From: Candidatus Poribacteria bacterium
Lineage (GTDB): Bacteria; Poribacteria; WGA-4E; JAJDTR01
Reading direction: 5' to 3'
DNA: 64,000 nucleotides
Assembly (NCBI GenBank): GCA_965222225.1
Contig: CBDCTK010000002.1
Coordinates: 1,312,001-1,376,000 of the forward strand
Part shown: positions 1 to 10,051 of the stretch, piece by piece
Position numbering within the stretch: position 1 is the first letter of the stretch
How the letters are laid out: every line of letters begins with the position of its first letter
Notes under the pieces: generated by a model
Seen by the model: only the letters and a program-made list of their open reading frames with translations
Told to the model about the DNA's origin: nothing
Databases searched by the model: none
Position numbers and translations under genes: made by a program

Positions 1-209
1 CATAGTGTTGGAAATTAAAATCCCGCAGATAACCCGCAATGCTCCCGCGAGCATGTACAAACGCTTGGTCAACATGATATGCCTCCATTTCTCTCTTATA
101 GAGATGTATTTTAGTGTGAATCAAGATTCCGAACACTGTCTAAAATGATTGTACATTAAGAAGAGAAAAGCAAGCAAATCGACCAAAAAGCAGTTAACTA
201 CTAAGTCCC
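1..209 (+). mobile_element. Right end of an IS1595-family element (second copy of the element at 49434-50682; truncated by the window edge)
   Basis: 1-209 matches 50474-50682 with 2 mismatches seen by eye and ends in the same terminal IR ...CAGTTAACTACTAAGTCCC. Confidence 0.93.
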
Positions 210-521
210 TTCATTTATCTTCAGTCTTTCTTCAATAATGGCAAGAGTTAACACCCATTGACTGTCTTCATCCTTAAGTCGGAAAATCTGACAGCCTTGC
301 GTTATTCCAATTTCCTTACGATCGACTTTCCATTGAATACCTTTCGGAAGCTGAAAGATGTGATGTCTGTCACCCAAGTAACCGGGGGACACATCCAAAC
401 TACTCGCCATTGCTGTATAAGAACCGAAATCGCCGTACAACACGTCTACAGCCTCCCCTATTTCAGAGGGGAGTTTCCCGTTTAGGACCTGTAAATACTC
501 GCGTGCCACCTCCTTATTCAT
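201..521 (-). pseudogene. ParB-like HTH/middle-domain protein lacking the CTPase domain; C-terminus cut by the IS1595 at 209/210
   Basis: PSEIGEAVDVLYGDFGSYTAMASSLDVSPGYL..IFQLPKGIQWKVDRKEIGITQGCQIFRLKDEDSQ resembles the ParB/Spo0J HTH region; the stop codon is supplied by the IS end; coupled to the upstream gene by a TAATG overlap. Confidence 0.65.
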
Positions 522-1396
522 TATTTAGCCTCTCGTCTCATAAACTCTGTTATGATATGAGAACTGATTGTCGGTAGATCTATCAAGCCGCGCGATCTGC
601 CCCAATTCGCTAACTCGGCACTAAGCCTAGAAGGAATTGTAATTCGTATCTCGCGGCTAGATTCGTCAATCTGTTTAGTAACATATTTATTCAAGTCTGC
701 AATAGAGCTTTTGTGACCCGCCTCTTCTAAAGCCCCAATAGCATGTCGACGCCCTTCCCTGTCAAGACCTAAGTACCATGACACTCGGTCTCTCATCTTT
801 TGTTGTGATTGTTCACGGTGCATACGGTCGTAAGTCTGTTGCACAATGGTATTCGCAGTCTTTACAGGAAGTGTTCCCGCATCTACTAATGGCATAAGAT
901 CTTCAGGCAGTTCAGCCAAGCTATAATACCTCATAACGGTTTGTCGTGTTACGCCGAGATATCTGGCTGCAAGTTCGAGAGCGTCTCTTCCACTGTATTC
1001 TGGGGTAGTAAACGCCTTGTATATCCTTTCTGTCCAGTATGCTCGGTCGCTAAATGCCAAAGCCTCGTGTGACTCATCTTCTAACCACGAACGTTGAATA
1101 GCTTGTTCGTCGGTCAATTCCATTATGAAAGCAGGAATTTCTTTCAACCCAAGTTCTATACATGCCTTTAGCCTACATTGACCGGAAACATGCTGATAAT
1201 CGTATTCAGCGTTAGGGGTAGGGTGTGAGCGAACAACAATTGCATATTCCTGCATATAACCGTGTTGTTCAATAGACATTTTGATTCTATCAACATTTTG
1301 TTCTACGCCTTGTCTCCGAACATTGACGGGACTCGTAGGGTCAATTAGGCTTACCTCGATTTGCTTAACTTCACTCATTTCTGACATTCCTTTCAT
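521..1396 (-). CDS. ParB/RepB/Spo0J-family protein (ParB N-terminal CTPase-like domain + HTH)
   Basis: N-x-R motif (VNVRR), GxxRxxA motif (SGQCRLKA), HTH ELAARYLGVTRQTVMRYYSL; true start may be MSEVKQ at 1378. Confidence 0.85.
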   Translation of the reverse strand: MKGMSEMSEVKQIEVSLIDPTSPVNVRRQGVEQNVDRIKMSIEQHGYMQEYAIVVRSHPTPNAEYDYQHVSGQCRLKACIELGLKEIPAFIMELTDEQAIQRSWLEDESHEALAFSDRAYWTERIYKAFTTPEYSGRDALELAARYLGVTRQTVMRYYSLAELPEDLMPLVDAGTLPVKTANTIVQQTYDRMHREQSQQKMRDRVSWYLGLDREGRRHAIGALEEAGHKSSIADLNKYVTKQIDESSREIRITIPSRLSAELANWGRSRGLIDLPTISSHIITEFMRREAK

Positions 1397-1561
1397 GAGA
1401 GAAACAGTCGTAAGTTATCAACAACCTACTCAGCGTCTGCAGAAGTGGTATTGAATTATCAGTGAGGGATTCGCTTTATCGCTCTATCTCCGCTTCAAGG
1501 AATGACAAGGGCAGTTGCCGGGATTGACAACTGTGAAGCCCCTTGTCAAAAGCGATGGGGG

Positions 1562-1590
1562 ATTATAGCAGGAAGGTGGGACGGGGTCAA
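1562..1590 (-). promoter_or_regulatory. Sigma-70 promoter for the parB-like operon
   Basis: Minus strand TTGACC-N17-TATAAT with extended -10 TG. Confidence 0.7.
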
Positions 1591-1883
1591 GAAGAAACTG
1601 GTTAACGGCTATTCCGCGTCGTTGCCATCGTCGTCATGCGAATTTTTACTTAGCACCATCTGTAGCTTGCGCACGGATTCCATTTGCAAACCGAATCAAA
1701 TTTAGTTTTACGACTAGGACATAAGGCGACTAGGTCAAGCTGTCCACACTTCTCACCGTAGTGAAAATCGCCCTTGGACGTTTTGAAACGAAGGAGGCTG
1801 AGACTATACCGTTCTCCGCTTTTTATCGCCATTGGGGCGTGATTCGATACTGTTCAAATTCGTCGTATTCGGCTCTCGCCTTC

Positions 1884-2822
1884 TCACTTCCCATCCTTAT
1901 ACCACTTCACAGGGCTCCCTTCCCCCGCTGATTCCCTCACATACCGCGCCGGCATCGTCGGCTCCTGCCACCGCCCCGCCCGCTGCACCTCCTTCATTGT
2001 TGCTCCGGCGTCGGCAAGCGACACCGCAGACCCGATACGAAGCGAGTGTCCACCGATCAATCCCTCCACGCCAGCTTCCGCCGCCCGCCGCTGTATTGCT
2101 TCACGTGCCCCCTTCACGCCTAGCCGATCCTCAGTCACATGATTCTGGAAGCGTATCCTCCGGAACAGAGCCCCGGTCGCAATCCCCGCTCTCGTTCGAT
2201 ACCGCTCTATCGTCCGCCGTGTGGATTCGCAGATATACAGGACTTCGCCCCGCTGCTCCTCGTCTGCGTTTTTGCCGCGCACCTGAAGTCCCTCGGTTTT
2301 AACATCCTCCACATTGACCGCGACCGCCTCCGAGATGCGCAACAGGCAATCGCTCATCAGGCTTATCATGGCGGCATCCCGCAACCCCGCCGCTGTATCT
2401 GACGATTCCGACGCCGCGCACACCCGTTCCACTTCGTCCCACGTAAGCCCGTCGACCTGGCGGCGCGCCCGTTCTTTACCTTCTCCACGGATTTCAGACA
2501 TTGTCCGAGCCGTGATATCCCCAACCACAGTATCAGCCCCACGGTACTCAGCCATCCACTTCACCGCGGAAACGACCAGATTGATTGTAGCCGGCGACTT
2601 CCCCTCCGCATGCAGAAACCTGATATATTCCGCCAACACCGCATCGGTAAGCGTTCGTCCCTCCAGCCAAACTTCCAGCTTGCGCGTCGCGTGCTCGTAC
2701 GCCTTGAGCGTGTTATCCGCCACGTTCGCCCGAATCTCCTCCCCCGTGCCGGCGGCGATTCGCAAACCCCTGTCCGATTCCTTTCCTTGCTTCATGATAA
2801 AACCCTCGTCAGACCTACGCAA
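1884..2822 (-). CDS. Cre-like tyrosine recombinase/integrase
   Basis: Catalytic R (LLRISEAV), HxxR (GHSLRIG), W (AGRW) and Y (PARYVR); N-terminal core-binding domain. Confidence 0.92.
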   Translation of the reverse strand: MRRSDEGFIMKQGKESDRGLRIAAGTGEEIRANVADNTLKAYEHATRKLEVWLEGRTLTDAVLAEYIRFLHAEGKSPATINLVVSAVKWMAEYRGADTVVGDITARTMSEIRGEGKERARRQVDGLTWDEVERVCAASESSDTAAGLRDAAMISLMSDCLLRISEAVAVNVEDVKTEGLQVRGKNADEEQRGEVLYICESTRRTIERYRTRAGIATGALFRRIRFQNHVTEDRLGVKGAREAIQRRAAEAGVEGLIGGHSLRIGSAVSLADAGATMKEVQRAGRWQEPTMPARYVRESAGEGSPVKWYKDGK

Positions 2823-2920
2823 CTGTTGCCATATTCATCGACCGTCCAAGTTGTCCCACGGTATCTGGCACGCCAAGTGAATACGGCAACACGAACGTCG
2901 TTACCTACAGTTTGTAGGGT

Positions 2921-3073
2921 GCGATCAAAGGAATGAATAATGACTGCGATAGAGATCCACTGCGATCAAGCAAATGAATAATGAGCGCGATAGAAATCCT
3001 ACCAGCCTCTAAAAGCCCCAGCGGGGATCAAACGAACGATCAACTGAGTGGTTAGCGAAGGCGATAGCAATCC
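2921..3073 (+). repeat. Three degenerate ~38-bp units (GCGATCAA..GARTGRATA..GCGATAGARATCC)
   Basis: Units at 2921-2958, 2962-2999 and 3036-3073; more copies near 4373-4472, 17056, 29896, 48757 and 56305. Confidence 0.8.
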
Positions 3074-3165
3074 CATAGGTATGTAGCAGCCAACAATGAA
3101 AACATGAAAAAACTTTCTACAAATGACCAAAAATGGCTTTGCCACCGATTATTCAAACAGGTTCT
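3061..3165 (+). repeat. 105-bp direct repeat, copy A, ending in an IS5-like terminus
   Basis: Close match to 6104-6208; the 3' end TTCAAACAGGTTC also resembles 17160-17172. Confidence 0.85.
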
Positions 3166-4178
3166 TAGAACACACCCTCCCTGACCATCGATCGGCTCAA
3201 CCTCTTCACCACCGACGGCGTCACCGGATCGTTGTCCGGGAGGAATCCCTTACCCTTCTTTAGTTTAACAGAAGCAACACTGTCCAGCTCAGTCAACTCC
3301 TTTGCCCCTTGCAATGCCTTTAGATCGCCCCCGTAGTAATCGTACCAAGGCAGCCCCGCGTTTGTGTAATTCTGAGCCGTCGGCGGCTTACTTGGCGGCT
3401 GGCACCCCGTCAAGTGCAAGAGCTGAACGCTATTGACGATATGCACGAAGCAGCGTGAGCCGTTCGACGTGTCCCACGCATCGATACCGTGTTCGTCCTC
3501 ATATATCTCCTGCCGCATCAAACCCCCCGGCGCCAACCCCATATCGGGAGGTGGTGCGGCACTCGGGGCCGCCATATCATGTAGTATTCCCTCCGGGACG
3601 CGATGCATTTCTTCATACGTCGACCGGTTCATGGGGTAGACCGCAATCTGAAGCCCCCCATGTTCCGCCTCTCCAGTCATCTGCTCCTCCGCCGTGTAAC
3701 CCTCACCCAGCGGCATCGCCACGAACTGCCGAATCAAGCCCTTCTCCACGCAGAACCCGTCCACCCACGGCTGTTCCGGAACCACCACGTAGTCCTGCGG
3801 TTCCCCGCTGAGTTCCTCCTCCCATGCCTCTCCGGTCACCGCGTTCACCTTGCCCGCCGCAATCTTCACCGCCATCGGATAGTCGCCGCGAAAATTAATC
3901 CACAGCGCTTCCGCTTGGTACATGGGGATGAATACCCCTCCATGTTCTGCCCACCTATCCGGCAAGTTATCCGGATAGTCGTCCACGCGGCTCAGCGGAA
4001 ATTCACCGAGTCCCGGCGGGAGATAATGTTCCCGGTTGTCGTCCGGAATCCGCAGCGTCCGTTGGAATCCAATCTCGACTTCCGCATCCTCGTGTACTCC
4101 CGCAAACCGAAAGATAAGTTGATCGTCTCTAAGTTCGATTGTCTTTTTCCTGTTCCTAGTCCTTTTCGCCATTATCAT
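3165..4178 (-). CDS. Conserved hypothetical protein (FQRTLRIPDD..LPPGLG / PMYQAEALWINF family)
   Basis: Long ORF with well-conserved motifs (QDYVVVPEQPWVDG, RQFVAMPLGEGYT, GLPWYDY); RBS precedes the ATG at 4178. Confidence 0.8.
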   Translation of the reverse strand: MIMAKRTRNRKKTIELRDDQLIFRFAGVHEDAEVEIGFQRTLRIPDDNREHYLPPGLGEFPLSRVDDYPDNLPDRWAEHGGVFIPMYQAEALWINFRGDYPMAVKIAAGKVNAVTGEAWEEELSGEPQDYVVVPEQPWVDGFCVEKGLIRQFVAMPLGEGYTAEEQMTGEAEHGGLQIAVYPMNRSTYEEMHRVPEGILHDMAAPSAAPPPDMGLAPGGLMRQEIYEDEHGIDAWDTSNGSRCFVHIVNSVQLLHLTGCQPPSKPPTAQNYTNAGLPWYDYYGGDLKALQGAKELTELDSVASVKLKKGKGFLPDNDPVTPSVVKRLSRSMVREGVF

Positions 4179-4372
4179 AGCCCTCTCTTTTTGAATTCGT
4201 GACGTGAAATGAGTAAACCACGCTAATACAAGGTACGTCTCATAACATGAATTATAAAACCTAACAACGTAAACGTCAAGCCTTTTTTTTGATTTAACAA
4301 CCACAAAGGTGCCCCTCTGGGAAGGCTCCCGGGCACCACCGAGACTCTCACCCTCTTCGAGAATATCGAATA

Positions 4373-4472
4373 GCGATCAACTGAGTGGATAACGAAGGCG
4401 ATAGAAGATCCCTCAAGGGAATGGATAATGACCGCGATAGTAAATCTCTCAGTGAAGGCGATAGATAATCCC
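4373..4472 (+). repeat. Tandem degenerate ~38-bp repeat units
   Basis: GCGATCAACTGAGTGGATAACGAAGGCGATAGAAGATCC followed by two decayed units. Confidence 0.75.
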
Positions 4473-4643
4473 GTGTGATAGCACTCCCACCTCTCTCCAC
4501 CGCCTTACTCACGATTTCCAAACCAAAATCGCTTTCATCATTGAAATCCGCCGCTGAAAATGATATAGTAGAAATCACCTTACCCCATCAATGTACAACC
4601 CCTGCTAGATGTAGATTTCTGACTGTCGCCGGGAGAATCTTCC

Positions 4644-6091
4644 ATGCGTTTTCAGATTAGATTAGTCGCGGTCCTGCTCGCCCTACTCCTCTCCCTACTG
4701 ACCCATGCCTCATCCCGGTCGGTGCCGCAACTCGCCGAAAAAGCACTAGCCGCAACTGTTTCCCTGGAGGTACAGGACGAAAACGGCGTTACACTCGGTC
4801 AAGGCAGTGGGTTCTTCGTGCGCCCCAACCTCATCGCCACGAACTTCCACGTTATTGACGGCGCTGCGAAGGGCATCGCAAGACTAGTCAACAAAGGCAC
4901 CGCATACCCTATCGAAGGCCTTGCTGGCACCGATGAAATCAACGACCTCGCACTCCTCAGAGTCACTATTCACGGCGTCATCCCCCTTTCCCTCGGCGAT
5001 AGCGACAAGGTTCAAACTGGCCAAACCGTTTACGTGGCGGGCAATCCTCTAGGCTTTGACGGCACGTTTTCTGACGGTATTGTTAGTAGCCGGCGTAACA
5101 CTTACGGAATTGAACGCCTTCAGATGACTGCCCCGATCTCCTCCGGCAGCAGCGGTGGTCCCGTGCTCAACACCAGCGGCGAAGTCATTGGCGTTTCCGT
5201 GTCAACCTTCAGCCCACTTTTTGGGCAAAATCTCAATTTTGCGATACCATCCAACTCGCTGAGGGAGTTGCTCGCACGCTCTCGCCAGGCTAAGCCGATG
5301 TTGTATTCGAAACAAACGACATCTGCCGATACTTTCCGACAAAGAGGTTGGGAGAAGTTTCGACTGGGGGACTATAATGGGGCGCTTGTCGATTTCGCAA
5401 ACGCGATTCGTTTAAGTCCTGACAATTCTGTTCTCTATGCCATGCGTGGACACGCGAAGCACTCTTTGGGACAATACGCTAGCGCCGTGGATGACTATAA
5501 TACAGCCATCCGCGTCGATCCAAACTATGCCACAGCTTGCGTGGGGCGCGGGCACGCAAAAGAGCAACTCAATCAACTTGATGCCGCCATCGCTGACTAT
5601 GCCACGGCCATCCGACTCAATCCAAACGATGCCTACGTTTACGTACAACGCGGTAGGGCCAAAAACCTATTGGGGCGAAGCTTTGATGCTATCGCCGACT
5701 ATGACTCTGCAATCCGCCTCGCCCCTGAGGATTCCTCCGCCTACTTCTATCGGGGAAATGCCAAATCAGTCCTGGAACAACACTTCGCAGCAATCTCGGA
5801 CTACGACATCGCGATTCGCCTCGACCCGGAAGATGCTGCCGGTTACTTGAATCGAGGCGCTTCGAAAGCCGCCTTGAACCATATTCGGCCGCCATCGCCG
5901 ATTACGATTTCGCCATCCGGCTTAATCCTGACTTAGCCCTAGCCTACAAGAATCGCGGCTTGTCAAAGTACACCCTCAACCAAGTTCACCGGGCAAAGCA
6001 AGATCTAAACATTGCGCTGAAATTGGCGAAGCAGCAAGGAAATCACAGCCTCGAAGCAGGGATTCAGGACTGGCTTCGGCGACTAGATTAA
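4644..6091 (+). pseudogene. Secreted trypsin-like serine protease with TPR repeats; 1-nt frameshift near 5881
   Basis: GSGFF, ATNFHV, DLALL and GSSGGP motifs, then TPR repeats; the TPR pattern continues in another frame (YSAAIADYDFAIRLNPD...) to TAA at 6089-6091. Confidence 0.85.
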
Positions 6092-6103
6092 CCGAACAAT
6101 CTG

Positions 6104-6208
6104 GCGATAGAGATCCCACAGGTATGTAGCAGCCAACAATGAAAACATGGAAAAACTTTCTCAAAATTCTCAAAAATGGCTTTACCACCGATTATTCAAC
6201 CAGGCTCT
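6104..6208 (+). repeat. 105-bp direct repeat, copy B
   Basis: Matches 3061-3165. Confidence 0.85.
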
Positions 6209-6322
6209 CAGGCCCTAACGTCGATTGACAGAATCCTCCTGCCCGTGTCCATCACAGGATTGGCGGCATCATTAGGAAAGTAACCTGAGGCCTACCTTTA
6301 TGCTTACACCGGGAGTTGGTTA

Positions 6323-6613
6323 TTGCTCACTTATTGGATATTTCTATCTTGGCGCTATAGGACAAGGCAGGACGAGAGATTTGACATAGTGAGGGACATG
6401 GAATCTTGCCTCGGATTCGAAGCACACCGCCTATTGAAGAAGATTCAATGGCCTCCTCGGGACAGGTGTTTGAGGTGGATTTTCTACTGGCTCGTGGTTT
6501 TTCTTGCGGCAGTTGCAGGTGCGATACACCACTGCGTTCCGCGAGTGTCCGGCGTCTGGCTTTGGCGAATACTGCCATGGTGTATACTACCGGTGACTTC
6601 CTTTATTTTCTAG
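6323..6613 (+). pseudogene. Probable remnant of a small membrane-protein gene
   Basis: Hydrophobic segments, no good start; the upstream in-frame sequence continues beyond a TAA at 6281. Confidence 0.3.
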
Positions 6614-6745
6614 TACGACATCAAGAGACTTTCCAAAAGAAAGGCTCATCAGGATTCAAAATAAAAACTGCCTCGATTGCTCGACTGAACAACACTACGC
6701 AGACTGTCCAGTCATGCTTCGTCAATCGAGTAGATGCACTTTGAC

Positions 6746-7402
6746 TTACACTCCGTTCTTCATCACTGCTAAGTAATTTGCCGTCGCCTGGTTCGGCTCC
6801 GCTTTCAATCCACTTGCTATCGCCGCTACATATTTCACAGTGTCACGCCAGTGGCTTGTGTCAACTCTCGACGTCGGCCGATGCGCGTGTTGCGTCTCAA
6901 GGTATAGCAAATGCCCCTTTCGGCAGCCGTACGTAAAGATGTCGCGGGTAATCTTTGTGTCGTTCATGCAATATTCTTTCACACGGTCAATCTCTCCATT
7001 GCGAAACCAATTGATAGCCTGTGTACCGTCTCCTGTTTTTTTCGCGTTCAGCGTGGCTTGCACGATATGGTCTAGTTTTAGCCGGTGTCCGAGTGTTGCC
7101 GTGACGGCGACAAGCATGTCGAAGCTGCGCACTGACCAGAAATCGGCGTCTGAATACGCGGAAAGCACACGGTAATCAAAACGCAATTGGTTGAAACCCA
7201 CGACAAGCCCGGCGTTAAGAATTTCGTCGATTAATTCAGCGATGTTCGATTCTTCGAAACTATAAAACTGTCCGGTTCCCGAATCGTAGGAAGTGGCGGC
7301 CGAAACGCCCATTTGCGGGATGTTGTCCCAACCTCCCACTTCGTCTGCCAAGAATTTGGTTTCGATGTCGAAATACAAAATATTGTTTATCATCGAAGCC
7401 AT
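6746..7402 (-). CDS. RNase H-like DEDD 3'-5' exonuclease (RNase_H_2/YprB-like)
   Basis: FDIET, VGFN..FD and YCMND motifs. Confidence 0.85.
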   Translation of the reverse strand: MASMINNILYFDIETKFLADEVGGWDNIPQMGVSAATSYDSGTGQFYSFEESNIAELIDEILNAGLVVGFNQLRFDYRVLSAYSDADFWSVRSFDMLVAVTATLGHRLKLDHIVQATLNAKKTGDGTQAINWFRNGEIDRVKEYCMNDTKITRDIFTYGCRKGHLLYLETQHAHRPTSRVDTSHWRDTVKYVAAIASGLKAEPNQATANYLAVMKNGV

Positions 7403-7681
7403 GATTTACATTCCAAATTGGCTCAACCGCGGTAGGATTTAAGCCATTATGTTACTCACGTTGCACTCGCGTCCGAACCTCACTGTACCAAGGAGATTAC
7501 CATTTCCGCTTACTCCAAAACACTTGCTTTATAAAGTTATACGAGACGTGAAACCAGCGTTGATCGAGTTAATGAATAACACCCGACAACTCCAATTGGA
7601 GCACCTGAATTTCTTCTAACATCTTTAAAACGCGTTAGTGCACTAGTAACGAACATCCCTATCTCCCTCGTCATCAAGAAA

Positions 7682-8593
7682 TCAAGGCGCAATAGCTTCT
7701 GCTCCAAGTTGACTGCTTAACCACGTCTTCAGCGGAACATCTTCGTCGCTTGGCGACGTATAACTATAACCACCGCCCCCGGCTCCTAACAGCTGCTGTC
7801 TAATTGGGTCGCATTGATCCATATAGTGGGACACAGTCATGTCGTCCCGCGGTCTCAACCACCGGTAGCCGTAGCCGTAGAAGAGTACTTTCCTCGTGAT
7901 GTCCGAGTGATTCGGACTCGCGGCATGATACAATCGCCGATCGAAGAACACCGCCGTGCCGGGCGCGACCCGCACTTCAAGCATGCCGTCAGGATTTGAA
8001 ACCCCATCGGCAGGAAACTCTAACTCATTCTGCAGGTGGCTGCCGGGTACGACATAAAAATTCGCGCAACCTCGTGTTCTCGTGTCAGTAAGGAAAAAAC
8101 CCACCTTTAAGGAAACTCGTGGGCGTGGATTACCCTCCAACTCAATGTTTAACCGGCCGCTATCCTGATGCCATCCGAAACGCTTCTGTACCTCGGTCTC
8201 GTCCGGTGAAGAAGGAGCGGTAACTGTAAGATGCGAATGATACAGTTGGATGTTCCACCCCAAGAGATCCCAGACTTTTGGGAATGTCTTGGGCCAATCA
8301 AGTAATTCCAGAAAAATCTCATCTTTCCCCACAAAGTCAGAAAGATTCAGTCGTTCGTGAGGGCCCATTAACTTGCTGGGCGGGCGGTTGGGGTTTATGA
8401 CACTTGACGAAGTTCGTCCTACATCTTGCGCTCCGATCGGCGCCCGATATTGTGCATCCAACCGGTCAACTACTGCGACGAGATTTTCTACCATCTCTGG
8501 TGGTAGAGCATCCTCGACAATAAAAAATCCGTTTTCTTCAAATTCGAGACGTTCATCGTCACTCAGACAGTAATCAAACCAACCCGCGTCCAT
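7682..8593 (-). CDS. Phytanoyl-CoA dioxygenase (PhyH) family protein
   Basis: WHQD, VPGSH and RLYH iron-binding motifs. Confidence 0.92.
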   Translation of the reverse strand: MDAGWFDYCLSDDERLEFEENGFFIVEDALPPEMVENLVAVVDRLDAQYRAPIGAQDVGRTSSSVINPNRPPSKLMGPHERLNLSDFVGKDEIFLELLDWPKTFPKVWDLLGWNIQLYHSHLTVTAPSSPDETEVQKRFGWHQDSGRLNIELEGNPRPRVSLKVGFFLTDTRTRGCANFYVVPGSHLQNELEFPADGVSNPDGMLEVRVAPGTAVFFDRRLYHAASPNHSDITRKVLFYGYGYRWLRPRDDMTVSHYMDQCDPIRQQLLGAGGGGYSYTSPSDEDVPLKTWLSSQLGAEAIAP

Positions 8594-8709
8594 TATATAC
8601 CCCCTTCATTTGATTCTATTTGAGACACCACTTCCACATTCGGCTGAGTGCACAGTCGGAATGGAAATGTCGCTGTTCTCCTAAACTCTACGCTTGTCCG
8701 AGATTTTGA

Positions 8710-9645
8710 CTATTTAGGTGCCAACTCACCCAGTGAGGTTTGACCTCGTGAAATAAACTCCCACTTGGGACTCTCGATGCGCCCGTATCCTTGCCACACT
8801 TTGAATCCAAGTAACGCCAATAGTTCAGGCGACGCATCCCTCAAAACTGCAGGAGCTGTCCCAACCACAAGGTTCTCCTGCTGTCGGAATTGGGGTGCGC
8901 AGAAATAACTCAAAGCACCTAGCCGTGGAGCGTCGCTAACATTCGTACCGGTGCTATGCCATAATCGTCCTTCAAAAACCATCGCAGTGCCAGCGGGAGC
9001 GACCACAGGGATAGATTCCACATCCTTATCCAAATCCACGTCTGGTTGCTGTCCGCTTAAATGACTCCGCGGCACAACGTGAGTTGCACCATTCTCCTCA
9101 GTGAAATCCGTAAGCATCCACATGACGTTGCAAGCAACTGCCGGCGGCATCGAATTTGAAGGCGCAGTGTCCCCATGGCTAAGGCGCCTGCCCCTAAAGC
9201 GTGCACCTGTCATCGATCCGGGTTTAACCGTTTCCTGATGAGGCCGGACTGCCTTTGGCATCCACCATTGATCGGTGTGAAATCCCATCACCCCTCCCGG
9301 CTTCGCGATATTGGCGGTGAAACTTGACAACAGAAATTCATCGCCCAGCACATGTCTCACGAGCGTTCTCACGACTTTGTGTAGTAGCAAATCACGAAAT
9401 ACTTTTCCCTTGTTGACTAGGAACCAGACTCGCTGATTCACTCCGGTATCATTTGGCCCCGCATCCTCAAAGGCAAGCCCGCGTTGCTTCTCACCGGCAG
9501 CTTGCTCTTCCAACCTGTTCCGAAGCGTGATGACTTCTTCTGCGCTGAGTGCATTTTCAACCAAGCAGTAGCCGAATTCGTCTAGATTCGCCGCAGCAAG
9601 TGCCAAATCTGTCGTGAGTTTAGGAAATTCATCAGTGTTTTTCAC
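8710..9645 (-). CDS. Phytanoyl-CoA dioxygenase (PhyH) family protein
   Basis: FHTD, NGATHVVPRSH and RLWH motifs; GGAGG RBS before GTG at 9645. Confidence 0.92.
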   Translation of the reverse strand: MKNTDEFPKLTTDLALAAANLDEFGYCLVENALSAEEVITLRNRLEEQAAGEKQRGLAFEDAGPNDTGVNQRVWFLVNKGKVFRDLLLHKVVRTLVRHVLGDEFLLSSFTANIAKPGGVMGFHTDQWWMPKAVRPHQETVKPGSMTGARFRGRRLSHGDTAPSNSMPPAVACNVMWMLTDFTEENGATHVVPRSHLSGQQPDVDLDKDVESIPVVAPAGTAMVFEGRLWHSTGTNVSDAPRLGALSYFCAPQFRQQENLVVGTAPAVLRDASPELLALLGFKVWQGYGRIESPKWEFISRGQTSLGELAPK

Positions 9646-10051
9646 TAGGAAACCTCCAATATCTTCATATATCCCCCTGCGATCCGCCGAAAAACTCGTG
9701 CATATAGATGCCACGGCTTGTGCTACCGCGAAACTAATCTCTTCTTAATCCTCACAGTGTTTTCCGCGCACCGCACAATGTCTGAATTATAGCACAGATT
9801 TCAATCTCATTGTACAATTTTCCGAATGTGTCACATCAAGAAGATGCTGTTGAACTAGAACATTCTCCGTTTTTTTGTGGATTGGATAAAGATATTCTGG
9901 AAATATTGCAGGCAAATAGGTTAAAATTAAGAATCGCAGGGAATGAACGACTCATTCCCAATCTGCGGTTGGTTACATCAATGTCAAATGCATTAACTCT
10001 GAACAGGTTCTGAACAGGTCCCGAAAGGGACTTAAGGAGACATAGGATACA

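Noticed and set aside
1650-1832. 60-aa ORF between the recombinase and the parB promoter
   Set aside because: No RBS or recognisable motif
2921-4472. 38-bp repeats as a CRISPR array
   Set aside because: The units are degenerate, lack regular unique spacers, occur dispersed elsewhere, and no cas genes are present
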